A DNA stretch of 64,000 nt, taken from positions 29,313 to 93,312 of IMG/VR virus record IMGVR_UViG_2754412371_000001; one strand, given 5' to 3'. The position numbers and the translations under genes are program-made. Position 1 is the stretch's first letter. The number at the start of each line of letters is the position of its first letter. Below, piece after piece: positions 46,462-55,272 of this stretch. Origin of the DNA: a virus (lineage: Duplodnaviria > Caudoviricetes). Under the pieces are notes generated by a model, which saw only the letters and a list, made by a program, of their open reading frames with translations, was not told where the DNA came from and did not search any database.

Positions 46462-48018
46462 TCAGGACGACTTGACCAGTTGGTTCGAAACGATCCGGCC
46501 CGCCGTCTTCTGGAGCTCGCCCTTTCCCATCGGGGTCGCGCCTGCTCCAGGCGCCGCCAGCGCGTCCACCGGCGGCCAGTTCTTCAAATCAGCCTTCATC
46601 GCGCCGATGAGATCCTGCTTAATCATCGGGAACAGCTTGCGAATGACCGCTTCCATCTGCTGACGACGCACGCTGTCCGGCGCCTCGATGAGCGAGAGGC
46701 GTGCCGCGATGTCGAACTCGTCGTAGAGCCCGCGGACGTCGAAGTCCTTCGGGTAAGAAACCATCTGGCGCTCTTCGACCAGTGCGGCATTCGGCGCGAT
46801 GTCGATCTCTTCGCCGTTCCAGCGCGCGGCGAGCTCGCAGAGCTTGCGTTCTGCCGCTTCGAGCGCGTCGGCCTTCGCCGCGAGCAGCGAGTTCACGCGC
46901 TCGAAGTCGTATGCCTTCGCCACACCCGAGCTGTTGTCGATGCCTTGGCTGTTGTCCTGCTTTGTGCGCTCGCCGGCTAGGCCGACCGAGTGGTAGATCT
47001 CGTTGATGATCTTGGAAACCACCTGCAGGATCAGCTCGGCCTGCTTCACGTCCGGCGAAATGAATTCAGGCTTGCCACCGCCCGAACCGTCGTAGGCGAA
47101 GATCCGCTTCGTGCCCATTTCCACCAGCTTGTCGTAGCCTTCCGTGCCCGACTCGATCGCTTGAGACGGGATCGTGAGCTGGCTGAACGTCTGGTCCTGA
47201 ATCACCGCGTCGAGGTTCGACAGGTAGTTCGCGACCGCACGGTCGAGGTAGGCGACATCGGCGATCAGCGCCGGGGACGTGTAGACGTCGTCCGAGATCA
47301 TGTTGTCGGCCCAGAACACCGGGACGACACCGAGCCCGTGCTTCACGGGAGCGTCTTCTATGATGATCGGCTTGCCGCGCTTGTATTCGACGCGGAACAA
47401 CTGCGAGCTGTCGCGGGTCCAGAGGCGGTAACGCTCCATGACGTTGCCCGACGAGGTGATCGGGTTCCCGTCGTCGCGCTCCGTCTCGTAGAACAGGATC
47501 CAGTTAAGCTTGCCGAACTGGTCGAAGCTCATGTCCAGCGCGTGCTGCGGCTTGATGATGTAGGCGTAGACGCGGGAGTCCGTCGCCTTCTCGTCAGCGA
47601 TCGTCTGCACTTCATCGGACTTCGTCGAGTCAACCACGATCCACACACGGCCGAAGGTCGACGTCCGGTTCGACACGCGCTTCATGAATTCCGTGATCGG
47701 TAGGTCCGATAGCGTCGCGCGCTTCCAGAACCGCTGCACGTAATCCGGCGCATCCTCATTGCGCTGGATCTCCATCTTGAACACGTATTTGTCGAGCAGG
47801 TCGACGACCTCGCGCGAATGGTTGAACCGATACGCTCGCGCCAACCGATCCTCGTATTCCTTCTCGCCCTCTTTGATGTAGCGATGCAAGTTCGCGACGA
47901 ACCAGGCGCGGCCACCCTCGTAGGTTTCCTCGAGGAAGTCCCAATGCGCCTTCATCGCTTCATACAGCGGGTGCCGCCGAGCGATGAACTGTTGAAGCGT
48001 CTTTTGCGAGTAACTCAT
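46462..48018 (-). CDS. Portal protein
   Basis: Follows TerL; HGLGVVP; SGVAKAYDF; SYPKDFDV. Confidence 0.9.
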   Translation of the reverse strand: MSYSQKTLQQFIARRHPLYEAMKAHWDFLEETYEGGRAWFVANLHRYIKEGEKEYEDRLARAYRFNHSREVVDLLDKYVFKMEIQRNEDAPDYVQRFWKRATLSDLPITEFMKRVSNRTSTFGRVWIVVDSTKSDEVQTIADEKATDSRVYAYIIKPQHALDMSFDQFGKLNWILFYETERDDGNPITSSGNVMERYRLWTRDSSQLFRVEYKRGKPIIIEDAPVKHGLGVVPVFWADNMISDDVYTSPALIADVAYLDRAVANYLSNLDAVIQDQTFSQLTIPSQAIESGTEGYDKLVEMGTKRIFAYDGSGGGKPEFISPDVKQAELILQVVSKIINEIYHSVGLAGERTKQDNSQGIDNSSGVAKAYDFERVNSLLAAKADALEAAERKLCELAARWNGEEIDIAPNAALVEERQMVSYPKDFDVRGLYDEFDIAARLSLIEAPDSVRRQQMEAVIRKLFPMIKQDLIGAMKADLKNWPPVDALAAPGAGATPMGKGELQKTAGRIVSNQLVKSS

Positions 48019-48046
48019 GTGCCTTACCTTTCGGGCCAGCGGCGAT

Positions 48047-48064
48047 TAAATCACTGCTGACTTA
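48047..48064. promoter_or_regulatory. 18-bp palindrome site (upstream of portal)
   Basis: TAAATCA-ctgc-TGACTTA. Confidence 0.8.
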
Positions 48065-48073
48065 TCATGTCAA

Positions 48074-49369
48074 TTACAGCGAAACGCCCATCACTTGAAC
48101 CTCACGAACCGGGAACATGTATTGGACCGGGTAGCCCACCGCGTCGGCCATGTGGTCGAAGCCCGAATCCTTGTCGACCTCGCGCCCGCCTTCCTTGTAG
48201 ATCGTCTGCTCGAGCGATCGGATGACCTCCTTGCAACGCTTGTCCACGCGCAGCCGGATCTTGCCGTCAGCAGTGCGTAGCATCCGGTTCACCGCGTTCA
48301 CGCGATCGGCGACCGGCGGGTGCTTCTTGTGGTAGCGGATCCTCTTAAACCCCTTCTGCACGAAGATGTCCAGGTCGGACTCACCGCGCGCGTGCTGCCG
48401 GTAGCCGCCGGCCGGGTCGGGGAAGATCGTGACGTTGCCCATGAGCTTCCAGTAGAGGCGCTCGAGCTCGTCGCACACCTCCTCCGTGTTCGAGCTCTTC
48501 AGGCTCAGCTCGTTGACGATCCAGACCTCGCCGTTCTCCTGCGGCTGCAAAATGCAGCTCGACATCGGATCGATGTTGAAGTCCTGCCCCACCCAGATCG
48601 GCAGCGACGGGTTGAACGGGTAGTCGCCGACGTGCGTCTTTCGGTCGAACGGATAGTAGACCCGGCCGCTCATCGTCTCGAAGCTCGCCTCAAACTCCTG
48701 CGCGAACTCCTTCTCGCCCATGTCGGCCTTGGCAGCCTCAATTTCGGACTTCGGAATAAAGGGCGACGTGATGGTCGGGAACTGCCAGCTCTTCCAACGT
48801 CCGAGCATCTGGTTCTCGAGGTTCTGGCCGAGCGCGTAGAGGTCGTAGAGGAAGTTGTAGGACTTCGGCGTCCCGATGAACAGTGCGTGCCCACCCGTCG
48901 ACGCCAGCGTCGGCCGCAATACCTTCGACCAGGCTTCCGGGTTGATGTCCTGCACCTCGTCCATGACGAGAAAGTGGACGCCCACGCCGCGCAGCGAGTC
49001 AGGGTTATCGGCGCCCTTCAGCTCGATCCGCGTGCCGTTGACCAGCAAGATCGACATCGTCGTCTCGTTGATCTTCTTGACCCACCGCCGCGGCAGTGCT
49101 GCGATCAGGTCCGGCCACATGATCTGCTTCGCCATCCGATAGGACGGCGCGACATACCAGATCAGCCGGCGCGCGACCTTGGCGTATTTGATGAGCGACA
49201 CCTTGGCAAGCTGGGTCTTGCCCCAGCGCCGGCCTGCGACAACCACGCGGAAGCGGTGCGGCGACTGGAACACCTCCATCTGCTTCGGATGGAGGAAGAT
49301 CGCCTCGACCTCGGACTGAATCGGTGTTGCCGCCTTCGCGGTCGGCAGGCCGGGCTCACGCAGCTTCAT
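48074..49369 (-). CDS. Terminase large subunit
   Basis: AGRRWGKT; LRG..VMDE; IGTPK; GQDFNIDP; DHMADA. Confidence 0.95.
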   Translation of the reverse strand: MKLREPGLPTAKAATPIQSEVEAIFLHPKQMEVFQSPHRFRVVVAGRRWGKTQLAKVSLIKYAKVARRLIWYVAPSYRMAKQIMWPDLIAALPRRWVKKINETTMSILLVNGTRIELKGADNPDSLRGVGVHFLVMDEVQDINPEAWSKVLRPTLASTGGHALFIGTPKSYNFLYDLYALGQNLENQMLGRWKSWQFPTITSPFIPKSEIEAAKADMGEKEFAQEFEASFETMSGRVYYPFDRKTHVGDYPFNPSLPIWVGQDFNIDPMSSCILQPQENGEVWIVNELSLKSSNTEEVCDELERLYWKLMGNVTIFPDPAGGYRQHARGESDLDIFVQKGFKRIRYHKKHPPVADRVNAVNRMLRTADGKIRLRVDKRCKEVIRSLEQTIYKEGGREVDKDSGFDHMADAVGYPVQYMFPVREVQVMGVSL

Positions 49370-49994
49370 TAGCCACCCCCGCCGGCACTTCGTCGAAGTC
49401 GACCGTCATGGCGTCATCGGCCGCTACGTCGATACCGCCGTCCTCCTGCCGCTGCTGCATTTCGAGGATCTGATCCGCGGTCATTTCGTGGATCGGCAGC
49501 TCAGGCAGATCGCCAATCTCGTCCTTCTCGCCGTTCGCGATGCCCAGCACTTCGAAGCGCTCGGCGCGGCAGATCGATAGCGCCTCGGCCGCGAGCTTGA
49601 GCGTCTTGATCTCGTTCTGAACGGTGGCGAATGCCTGCCCGTCGCGCTGCGCCTTTACGAGTTGGTTCTGGATCAGCTGCGCAATGACCTTCGCCGCGCT
49701 GTAGTGGCTGTCTTTCGTCTCGCGAATCTTGCCGGCGATGACCGTCGCGTCGCCCGCAATCTGCTCTGCAACCTTCTGCTGCACCGCTGCATGCACTTCG
49801 GCGCGCTTCTCGCCCTTCTTCACCCCCGCCTTCGAGAACATCATCATCAGCGCTCGAGGCGTGCGCCCGAACCGCTCACCGAGCTCTTCGAGCGTCGCAT
49901 CCCCCGACTGCCACAGGGCAATCACCTCCGCGCGCTGCTTCTCGGTCAGAGCTTTCGTGCCCTTCTTCGCACCGGGCGTCTTCTGCTCAGCCAT
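49356..49994 (-). CDS. Terminase small subunit (putative)
   Basis: N-terminal HTH directly upstream of TerL; GGGAG before ATG 49994. Confidence 0.75.
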   Translation of the reverse strand: MAEQKTPGAKKGTKALTEKQRAEVIALWQSGDATLEELGERFGRTPRALMMMFSKAGVKKGEKRAEVHAAVQQKVAEQIAGDATVIAGKIRETKDSHYSAAKVIAQLIQNQLVKAQRDGQAFATVQNEIKTLKLAAEALSICRAERFEVLGIANGEKDEIGDLPELPIHEMTADQILEMQQRQEDGGIDVAADDAMTVDFDEVPAGVANEAA

Positions 49995-50007
49995 CAATGC
50001 TCCCGAC

Positions 50008-50041
50008 AAAAAAATAGGGGCACCCGTGATCGGTGTGCCCC
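50008..50041 (-). terminator. Terminator-like hairpin immediately upstream of terS
   Basis: ggggcac..gtgcccc stem followed on the minus strand by TATTTTTTT. Confidence 0.7.
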
Positions 50042-50095
50042 TTGGAGATATGCGTAAACCTGAAAGCGAAGCATACCCCAATCCGGCCGTTATTG

Positions 50096-50113
50096 TAAAT
50101 CACTGACGACTTA
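50096..50113. promoter_or_regulatory. 18-bp palindrome site (upstream of terS)
   Basis: TAAATCA-ctga-CGACTTA. Confidence 0.75.
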
Positions 50114-50269
50114 TTTTTTGCGACGCAATTCGGCAGCGCCGTCCCCGTCCCGCACATCGTTCTCACCCTCCCGTCATGCCTGTCGGAACACCTTTCTAAA
50201 ACCCTTCAGTCAATCAATGTAAATACAGTAAAGGTTTTAAAAAGGGTTCTTATATATAGGGAACACCCA

Positions 50270-50441
50270 AAAAGTGACAAGTTGGAAGAAAATTGAAAGG
50301 CCGCGGGAGAGGCCATTACTTTTCTTACAGCAAGCCACGGAAATACCAAAAAAGTGACAAGTAATCAGTATCCTTATGAATACAAACGATATTTCGTCTT
50401 CCAGAGACCCGCGGAACGGGAATGCCTGAAAAGTGACAAGT
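50270..50441 (+). repeat. Three direct repeats AAAAGTGACAAGT in an AT-rich intergenic region
   Basis: Copies at 50270-50282, 50350-50362 and 50429-50441. Confidence 0.85.
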
Positions 50442-50538
50442 AAAGCATTTCGTAATAATTCCTCGGTTCTTTGGGTGGTTCGCTGGAGACTCCGGCGCAG
50501 GGGTCTCCATTCGAAAGCATTCAGTAAGATAGCGTGCC

Positions 50539-50958
50539 TCAGTCCATCAGCACCTCCTCGACGAAGCCCGGTTCGACATCAAATTCCTCGACCGTCACGA
50601 GCTCCGGAATCACCGACTCAGATAACTCACCGCTTACCTCGTTCACGACCGGGGCCGACGGGCGCACGGTGGGCGCGCTGGCGGGTTCCGGTCGCGGCGT
50701 CCCGGCAATGACGGCACTACCCGTCGGCGTGGGCGCCACGAGCCGCCTGACGCGCCCTCGGCGGTGTTCCGTGGCACCCCGGTCGATGAGGCCGTGCTTC
50801 TCGAGTGCGCGCAGCGAAAACTGCAGGCTCTCCTTCGTGGTGCGATACGGCAGCCGATCGAGGATCTGGTCGATGTCCGCCGGCGACCATCCAGCGGCCG
50901 CGGCGTTGCCCGCCACCACGACTTTCATGATCTCGATCTGCTTAACGGTCAGATTCAT
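50539..50958 (-). CDS. Winged-helix DNA-binding protein
   Basis: LTVKQIEIM..SLQFSLRALEKHGLI..RR..PTPTG (MarR-like). Confidence 0.75.
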   Translation of the reverse strand: MNLTVKQIEIMKVVVAGNAAAAGWSPADIDQILDRLPYRTTKESLQFSLRALEKHGLIDRGATEHRRGRVRRLVAPTPTGSAVIAGTPRPEPASAPTVRPSAPVVNEVSGELSESVIPELVTVEEFDVEPGFVEEVLMD

Positions 50959-51191
50959 TGCCGCTCCTTGCACAGCCATTCCATCCGGCCATTTCGAGCC
51001 AAAAGTGAAATTTGCGCAGTGGTCAGCTCTTCTCTTGATGGCATGCGAAGCCAGCTAATCTCGTCGAAAGAACATCCTCTAAAACCGTCAATGTTGAAAA
51101 CGCGTGTGTCAACCCTGCACCGGCCATCGCAGAACGAACTACTGGCGATTGCAAGAAGCTCAGGTCGATCACGCAACCGGCGTGCACTCAT
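50955..51191 (-). CDS. Hypothetical protein
   Basis: ATGA overlaps at both ends. Confidence 0.5.
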   Translation of the reverse strand: MSARRLRDRPELLAIASSSFCDGRCRVDTRVFNIDGFRGCSFDEISWLRMPSREELTTAQISLLARNGRMEWLCKERQ

Positions 51192-52168
51192 GCCCCCTCC
51201 AAGAGATCGAGTCGCAACGGTTCGTCCACTCCCTGCATGTCGAACGCGGACAGCGGCAGACGTGCCGGCAGCGCGCGCATGGCGCCGGTTGCCGCATCCC
51301 AATCCGGGTTCACCCACGCGGCATACACCGTCGCGCCGAACACCAGCTGCTGCGTCTGCTTCAGGAGGTAACCGAGCTCCATCTGCTCAACGCGTGACGT
51401 GCCGTTCAGCCGGTTGTCGCCCGACTTCTCCATCGAGCTGTTGCGGTAGTAGAAGGCGCGAAGCTCCTTCAGCGTGTGCTCGCGCAGGTAGTCGGGCATG
51501 CCCTCGATCTCTGCCTTGATCGCGACGTAGTCGTAGGCCGGGCTTTTGAAGTGTCGCGCGAAGAATGCGAGGCCCGACTCGAACGCCGGCGCCGATTTCG
51601 GCTTCACGAACCGCATGCCGGCCTTCGCCGAGAACGGGTTGTAGCGGCTCATGGAGCTGCGCGACTCAACGTAGCGAAAGCCCATCAGGCGGTATGCCAG
51701 ATTCTTGAACCGGTAGGCAATGCCGCCACCGCGATACATCGTGTCCAGCACCGTGCGCGACGACAGGATCAGGTTCTTGTTGATCCATGCCATGCGCTGC
51801 ACGTTCATCAGCTTCGTGTCGCGGCCGTTCTGGTTCGGACGCAGATGCGGGAACACCTGATTTCGGCCCGAGTCGAGCGGCTTCGGCACCGTGAACACCA
51901 TCACGCCGATCGTCTGGGCCGGCGCGACGCCGTCGTCGACCACCAGGCGCATGTAGCGCGGGCCGATACCGTTGTTCGATGCCTTGTAGTGGAGCTCGTG
52001 GAGCAGTTGCCAGTCTTCCAGCGTGCCCCGCTCCACATACATGTGCTTGACGAGCGACAGCGGCCGCGTGCCGGCTGCCGGATCGCGCCACGCCAGGATC
52101 GGGCTATCCCGGTCGTCTGACGCCGTGATCGGCCCGGCAAGGTTCAATGCGGTGGCCGGCGTGCTCAT
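51188..52168 (-). CDS. GNAT-fold acyltransferase-like protein
   Basis: LHELHY; SRTVLDTMYRGGGIA (acyl-CoA-binding R/QxxGxA/G motif); MSRYNPF..AGM. Confidence 0.7.
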   Translation of the reverse strand: MSTPATALNLAGPITASDDRDSPILAWRDPAAGTRPLSLVKHMYVERGTLEDWQLLHELHYKASNNGIGPRYMRLVVDDGVAPAQTIGVMVFTVPKPLDSGRNQVFPHLRPNQNGRDTKLMNVQRMAWINKNLILSSRTVLDTMYRGGGIAYRFKNLAYRLMGFRYVESRSSMSRYNPFSAKAGMRFVKPKSAPAFESGLAFFARHFKSPAYDYVAIKAEIEGMPDYLREHTLKELRAFYYRNSSMEKSGDNRLNGTSRVEQMELGYLLKQTQQLVFGATVYAAWVNPDWDAATGAMRALPARLPLSAFDMQGVDEPLRLDLLEGA

Positions 52169-52497
52169 TCGAAGCTCAGCCCCCGCGCGATGACACCGAA
52201 CGAGGTCAGCCAGTCCTCAACCTGTGCCCTGGTGCGCGCGCCGGAGAACTGCGCCTTGACGACGCCGTCCTGGAGCACTCGCAAGTTCGGCACGCCACGC
52301 ACGCCGAGCGTCTCTAGATCTTCTGGGCTGATGTCGGCTGCATTGATCTCGGTGCAGTTGAAACCGTAGTCGGCCTTGAGCGCCTGCAGCGCAGGCTTGA
52401 GCATCTTGCACGGGCCGCACCACGGCGCAGTGAAGATGACGACTTCGGGCGCCGTGCTCGAGCCGGAAAGGAGCTTGTCGTAGATCTGTTTCATCAT
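52165..52497 (-). CDS. Thioredoxin
   Basis: FTAPWCGPCK; GVRGVP. Confidence 0.93.
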   Translation of the reverse strand: MMKQIYDKLLSGSSTAPEVVIFTAPWCGPCKMLKPALQALKADYGFNCTEINAADISPEDLETLGVRGVPNLRVLQDGVVKAQFSGARTRAQVEDWLTSFGVIARGLSFE

Positions 52498-53210
52498 GCC
52501 ATCCGTTTCAGGAGTTCGAATGCCTCGTCGCGCGTCATCACACGCTCGCCGGCAGCGGCCGCATTCAGCTCTTTGAACGTCTCGACGCGCAGCTTTTCGC
52601 GATAGCGCTTCTCGATGTAGAGCGACGGCTGGAGGTCTTCCACGAGGTCGAGGTGGGTCGTCGCAACGATCACCGTCGCCCCAACCTTGCGCGCGGTCTT
52701 CTGCACCGCATACGCGATCACCTTCGCCGCGGTGCGGTCGAGCACCGCCATGAACTCGTCGGCCACCCAGACGTCGGCCTGGCTTTCGATCGCCTTCGCC
52801 AAGCGGAAGCGGTAGCGCTGGCCGTCGGACAGCTCGCCGGGCTTTCGGATGAACAGGTAGGCGTCGTTCAGCCCGGCGATGGACAGCAGCCGGATCGCGT
52901 CGTTGGTCGAGGTGCCGATCTGGTCGATCAAGGGAACGTCGGGCTCGAGGTGGACGTGGTCGAGGTTCGCGACCTTCTTGCCGGCCGCGTCCATCTGGTC
53001 GGAAAGCTCGCGCAGCAGCAGCGACTTGCCCGCGCCCGACTGGCCGGTGATGTAGACGACGTCGCCCTGCTCCACGTCCAGATTCAGCTCGTCGAAGATC
53101 ACGAACTCCTTGTCGTCCAGGCCGAGGCCGAATGCCTCTGCCACCTCGACGACGCGCTGCGATCGCGCGACGCGGGTGTGGAACCGCTTGTCAATGAGAT
53201 AGGTTGTCAT
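52494..53210 (-). CDS. Soluble ABC-family ATPase
   Basis: GQSGAGKS; LSDGQ; VWVADE; VATTH; no permease nearby. Confidence 0.9.
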   Translation of the reverse strand: MTTYLIDKRFHTRVARSQRVVEVAEAFGLGLDDKEFVIFDELNLDVEQGDVVYITGQSGAGKSLLLRELSDQMDAAGKKVANLDHVHLEPDVPLIDQIGTSTNDAIRLLSIAGLNDAYLFIRKPGELSDGQRYRFRLAKAIESQADVWVADEFMAVLDRTAAKVIAYAVQKTARKVGATVIVATTHLDLVEDLQPSLYIEKRYREKLRVETFKELNAAAAGERVMTRDEAFELLKRMA

Positions 53211-53211
53211 T

Positions 53212-53229
53212 TAAATCATTCGTGATTTA
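53212..53229. promoter_or_regulatory. 18-bp palindrome site (fills the ParB/ABC gap)
   Basis: TAAATCA-ttcg-TGATTTA, a perfect palindrome. Confidence 0.75.
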
Positions 53230-53883
53230 CTGTTGGCGCCGAATAAAAGCGATCAGCGCGTCTGCGCCGGCCAGGCCCGTTTCTGCCTGCACGCGCGCCA
53301 TGAAGCGGGATACGTGGATCTCGTCGACGCCAGCGATGTCCTTGAACCCAAACACCTTCGCGAGCGGCACGCGGCGCGCACTGACCGCGTCCGCTTTCGC
53401 GTGTGCCTCTTCCTCCTGCTGCTCGACTGCTACCGCGACGTCCGGCACGAACGCGTCGACATTGAGCTCGCCGAGGTCGGCCGCGGAGAACTCGAGTTCC
53501 TTCGTGTCGAAGATGCCCACCAGCAGCGATTCGAGGCCGGCCACTTCCTCGCGGAACATGAGCGTGTCGATGCCGCCTTCGTTCGTGCGGTTGTCGGCGA
53601 GACGCAGCGCGCGTTTCTCTTCGTCGGTCAGGCCCGACAGGATCACGACGGGCACTTCTTCCATGCCGCGCTTGATGGCCGCCAGCCGCCGGCCATGGCC
53701 GGCGATGATCTCGCCGTGGTCATCGATGACGATCGGCTGGGTCCAGCCGAACTGCTCGATCGACTCGACGATCTTGTTCACTTGCGCGTCGTCGTGCTTC
53801 TTGACGTTCTTTGCATACGGGACCAGCGCGGCGACCTTCCAGACGTCCTCGCGACGGGTAACTCGGGGATGATTTCGGCTCAT
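53227..53883 (-). CDS. ParB/Srx N-terminal domain protein
   Basis: LVPYAKN..SIEQFGWTQPIVID..IIAGHGRRLAA..LADNR. Confidence 0.9.
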   Translation of the reverse strand: MSRNHPRVTRREDVWKVAALVPYAKNVKKHDDAQVNKIVESIEQFGWTQPIVIDDHGEIIAGHGRRLAAIKRGMEEVPVVILSGLTDEEKRALRLADNRTNEGGIDTLMFREEVAGLESLLVGIFDTKELEFSAADLGELNVDAFVPDVAVAVEQQEEEAHAKADAVSARRVPLAKVFGFKDIAGVDEIHVSRFMARVQAETGLAGADALIAFIRRQQ

Positions 53884-54083
53884 GCGGCCTCTTTGTTTCG
53901 GTAGAACTGCACGATCGCGGAGCGACGCGCGGAGAGGTGTTCCGTGGTGTCCTCCGGCTCGAATTGCGAAGCGCTATCGCACGCTTCGCAAATGGCCGGC
54001 TCGCGGTTGTGGAAGTAGCAGCGCTGGCACTCCGGGTAGAGGAACTCAGCGCGCGGGATGCGGGCAAAACCGGTCGGCTTCAT
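53880..54083 (-). CDS. Small 4-Cys protein
   Basis: CQRC..CEAC; overlaps both neighbours by 4 bp. Confidence 0.7.
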   Translation of the reverse strand: MKPTGFARIPRAEFLYPECQRCYFHNREPAICEACDSASQFEPEDTTEHLSARRSAIVQFYRNKEAA

Positions 54084-54559
54084 GCGATCAACGTCCAGTC
54101 TTCAGCGAGCACGTCGGTCTGCGACGCGAGCCACGGCACGAACTTCTCGTCGGCTGTCTTCATGCCGATCCAGGGCAACTTCTCGCAGCCGAGAGCGTGC
54201 ACGGAACCCGCGCGCGAATCGGGGTTGTAGTCGTAGCCGAACACGAGCGCGAGCCACATGCCCTTCCCATTCCATCCTGCCCGAGCGACTCGCTTGCCTG
54301 CCTTCAGTGCTTCGATTGCATCGCCAAAGGTCATGCCTTCGACCTGCCGATATGCACGCTCGAACACCGCCTTCGGCGACCAGCTGACGTAGCCGGCATA
54401 GAGCGCCGTGTTGGCTGCCCCGCCGTCTGCGTATTCGACGAGATAGCCCTCGTCGGCCGGGTTCTCGTCGGCCGGCACCGTCCAGCCACGCAACGTGTTG
54501 TAGGCGCCGCGCGTCATCGGTTCGGCGTTGACGATCTTGGTTCCGAGGTATCGCTTCAC
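54080..54559 (-). CDS. DUF2829 (Tad2-like) domain protein with an extra N-terminal domain
   Basis: MTFGDAIEALKAGKRVARAGWNGKGMWL..PWLASQTDVLAEDW. Confidence 0.85.
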   Translation of the reverse strand: MKRYLGTKIVNAEPMTRGAYNTLRGWTVPADENPADEGYLVEYADGGAANTALYAGYVSWSPKAVFERAYRQVEGMTFGDAIEALKAGKRVARAGWNGKGMWLALVFGYDYNPDSRAGSVHALGCEKLPWIGMKTADEKFVPWLASQTDVLAEDWTLIA

Positions 54560-55209
54560 TTGTATGCCTTCATCAGATGGACGAAGGCGTTGCCGGCGTT
54601 CGTCATAGAGTCTTCCTGCGTGAAGCCCTGTTCACGTGAGGCTCGATCGATCGCGGACGTGATCCACGCGACATCCTCGACAGGCACCTTGAAGCGCATC
54701 ACCTGATGGGTGGCACCTGCGCTCGGCAGCTCAGGCATCTGCGGTTCAGCGTCAGAATCCAGCTCGTCGAGATCTATACTCGAAGCCATGAGAATGTCGG
54801 TGAGCTCGCCGTCGGTGTAGGGCAGGAATTCGGCGACGTCGTTGCCGAGCTCCTTGAGCAGGCGTGACAGCGCGAGCGTGTCGTCTTCGCCGTAGCGACC
54901 GTTGTCGACGAGGCCAATCTCCTTCGCCGCTTTGTCGCTGATGCGGCCGACGTTGATGATCGGAACTTCCGTGAGCCCGATCCGCTTCGCGCTCTCCCAG
55001 CGGTGCTCGCCACCCAGGATTTCGAACGCGCCGTCGTCGATAGTTCGAACGACGACAGGTTTGTAGAGCCCACCAAAGCGCCTCAGCGACGCGTCAAGCT
55101 TCGCTTCGTTCTCCGGGCTCATGTGGTTTGTGTTCCAGGGGTTGGGTCGCAGCATGTCGATCGGGACGGTCGCCTGTGATACCTGGATGTGGGTAGCTGA
55201 ACCTGCCAT
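54556..55209 (-). CDS. ParB/Srx N-terminal domain protein
   Basis: LRPNPWNTN..PVVVR..EILGGEHRW. Confidence 0.88.
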   Translation of the reverse strand: MAGSATHIQVSQATVPIDMLRPNPWNTNHMSPENEAKLDASLRRFGGLYKPVVVRTIDDGAFEILGGEHRWESAKRIGLTEVPIINVGRISDKAAKEIGLVDNGRYGEDDTLALSRLLKELGNDVAEFLPYTDGELTDILMASSIDLDELDSDAEPQMPELPSAGATHQVMRFKVPVEDVAWITSAIDRASREQGFTQEDSMTNAGNAFVHLMKAYK

Positions 55210-55225
55210 AATGGTGAGCGTAAGT

Positions 55226-55243
55226 TAAATCACTGCTTACTAT
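55226..55243. promoter_or_regulatory. 18-bp palindrome site (divergent ParB/helicase promoter region)
   Basis: TAAATCA-ctgc-TTACTAT overlapping a plus-strand TATACT. Confidence 0.6.
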
Positions 55244-55272
55244 ACTTTTTGACCTCCTCTAAGGCAAGGCAT

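Noticed and set aside
52494-53210. ABC transporter
   Set aside because: No permease or substrate-binding gene; the context is soluble phage enzymes
53227-55209. ParABS plasmid partition system
   Set aside because: Only ParB-N domains without an evident HTH, and no ParA in the window
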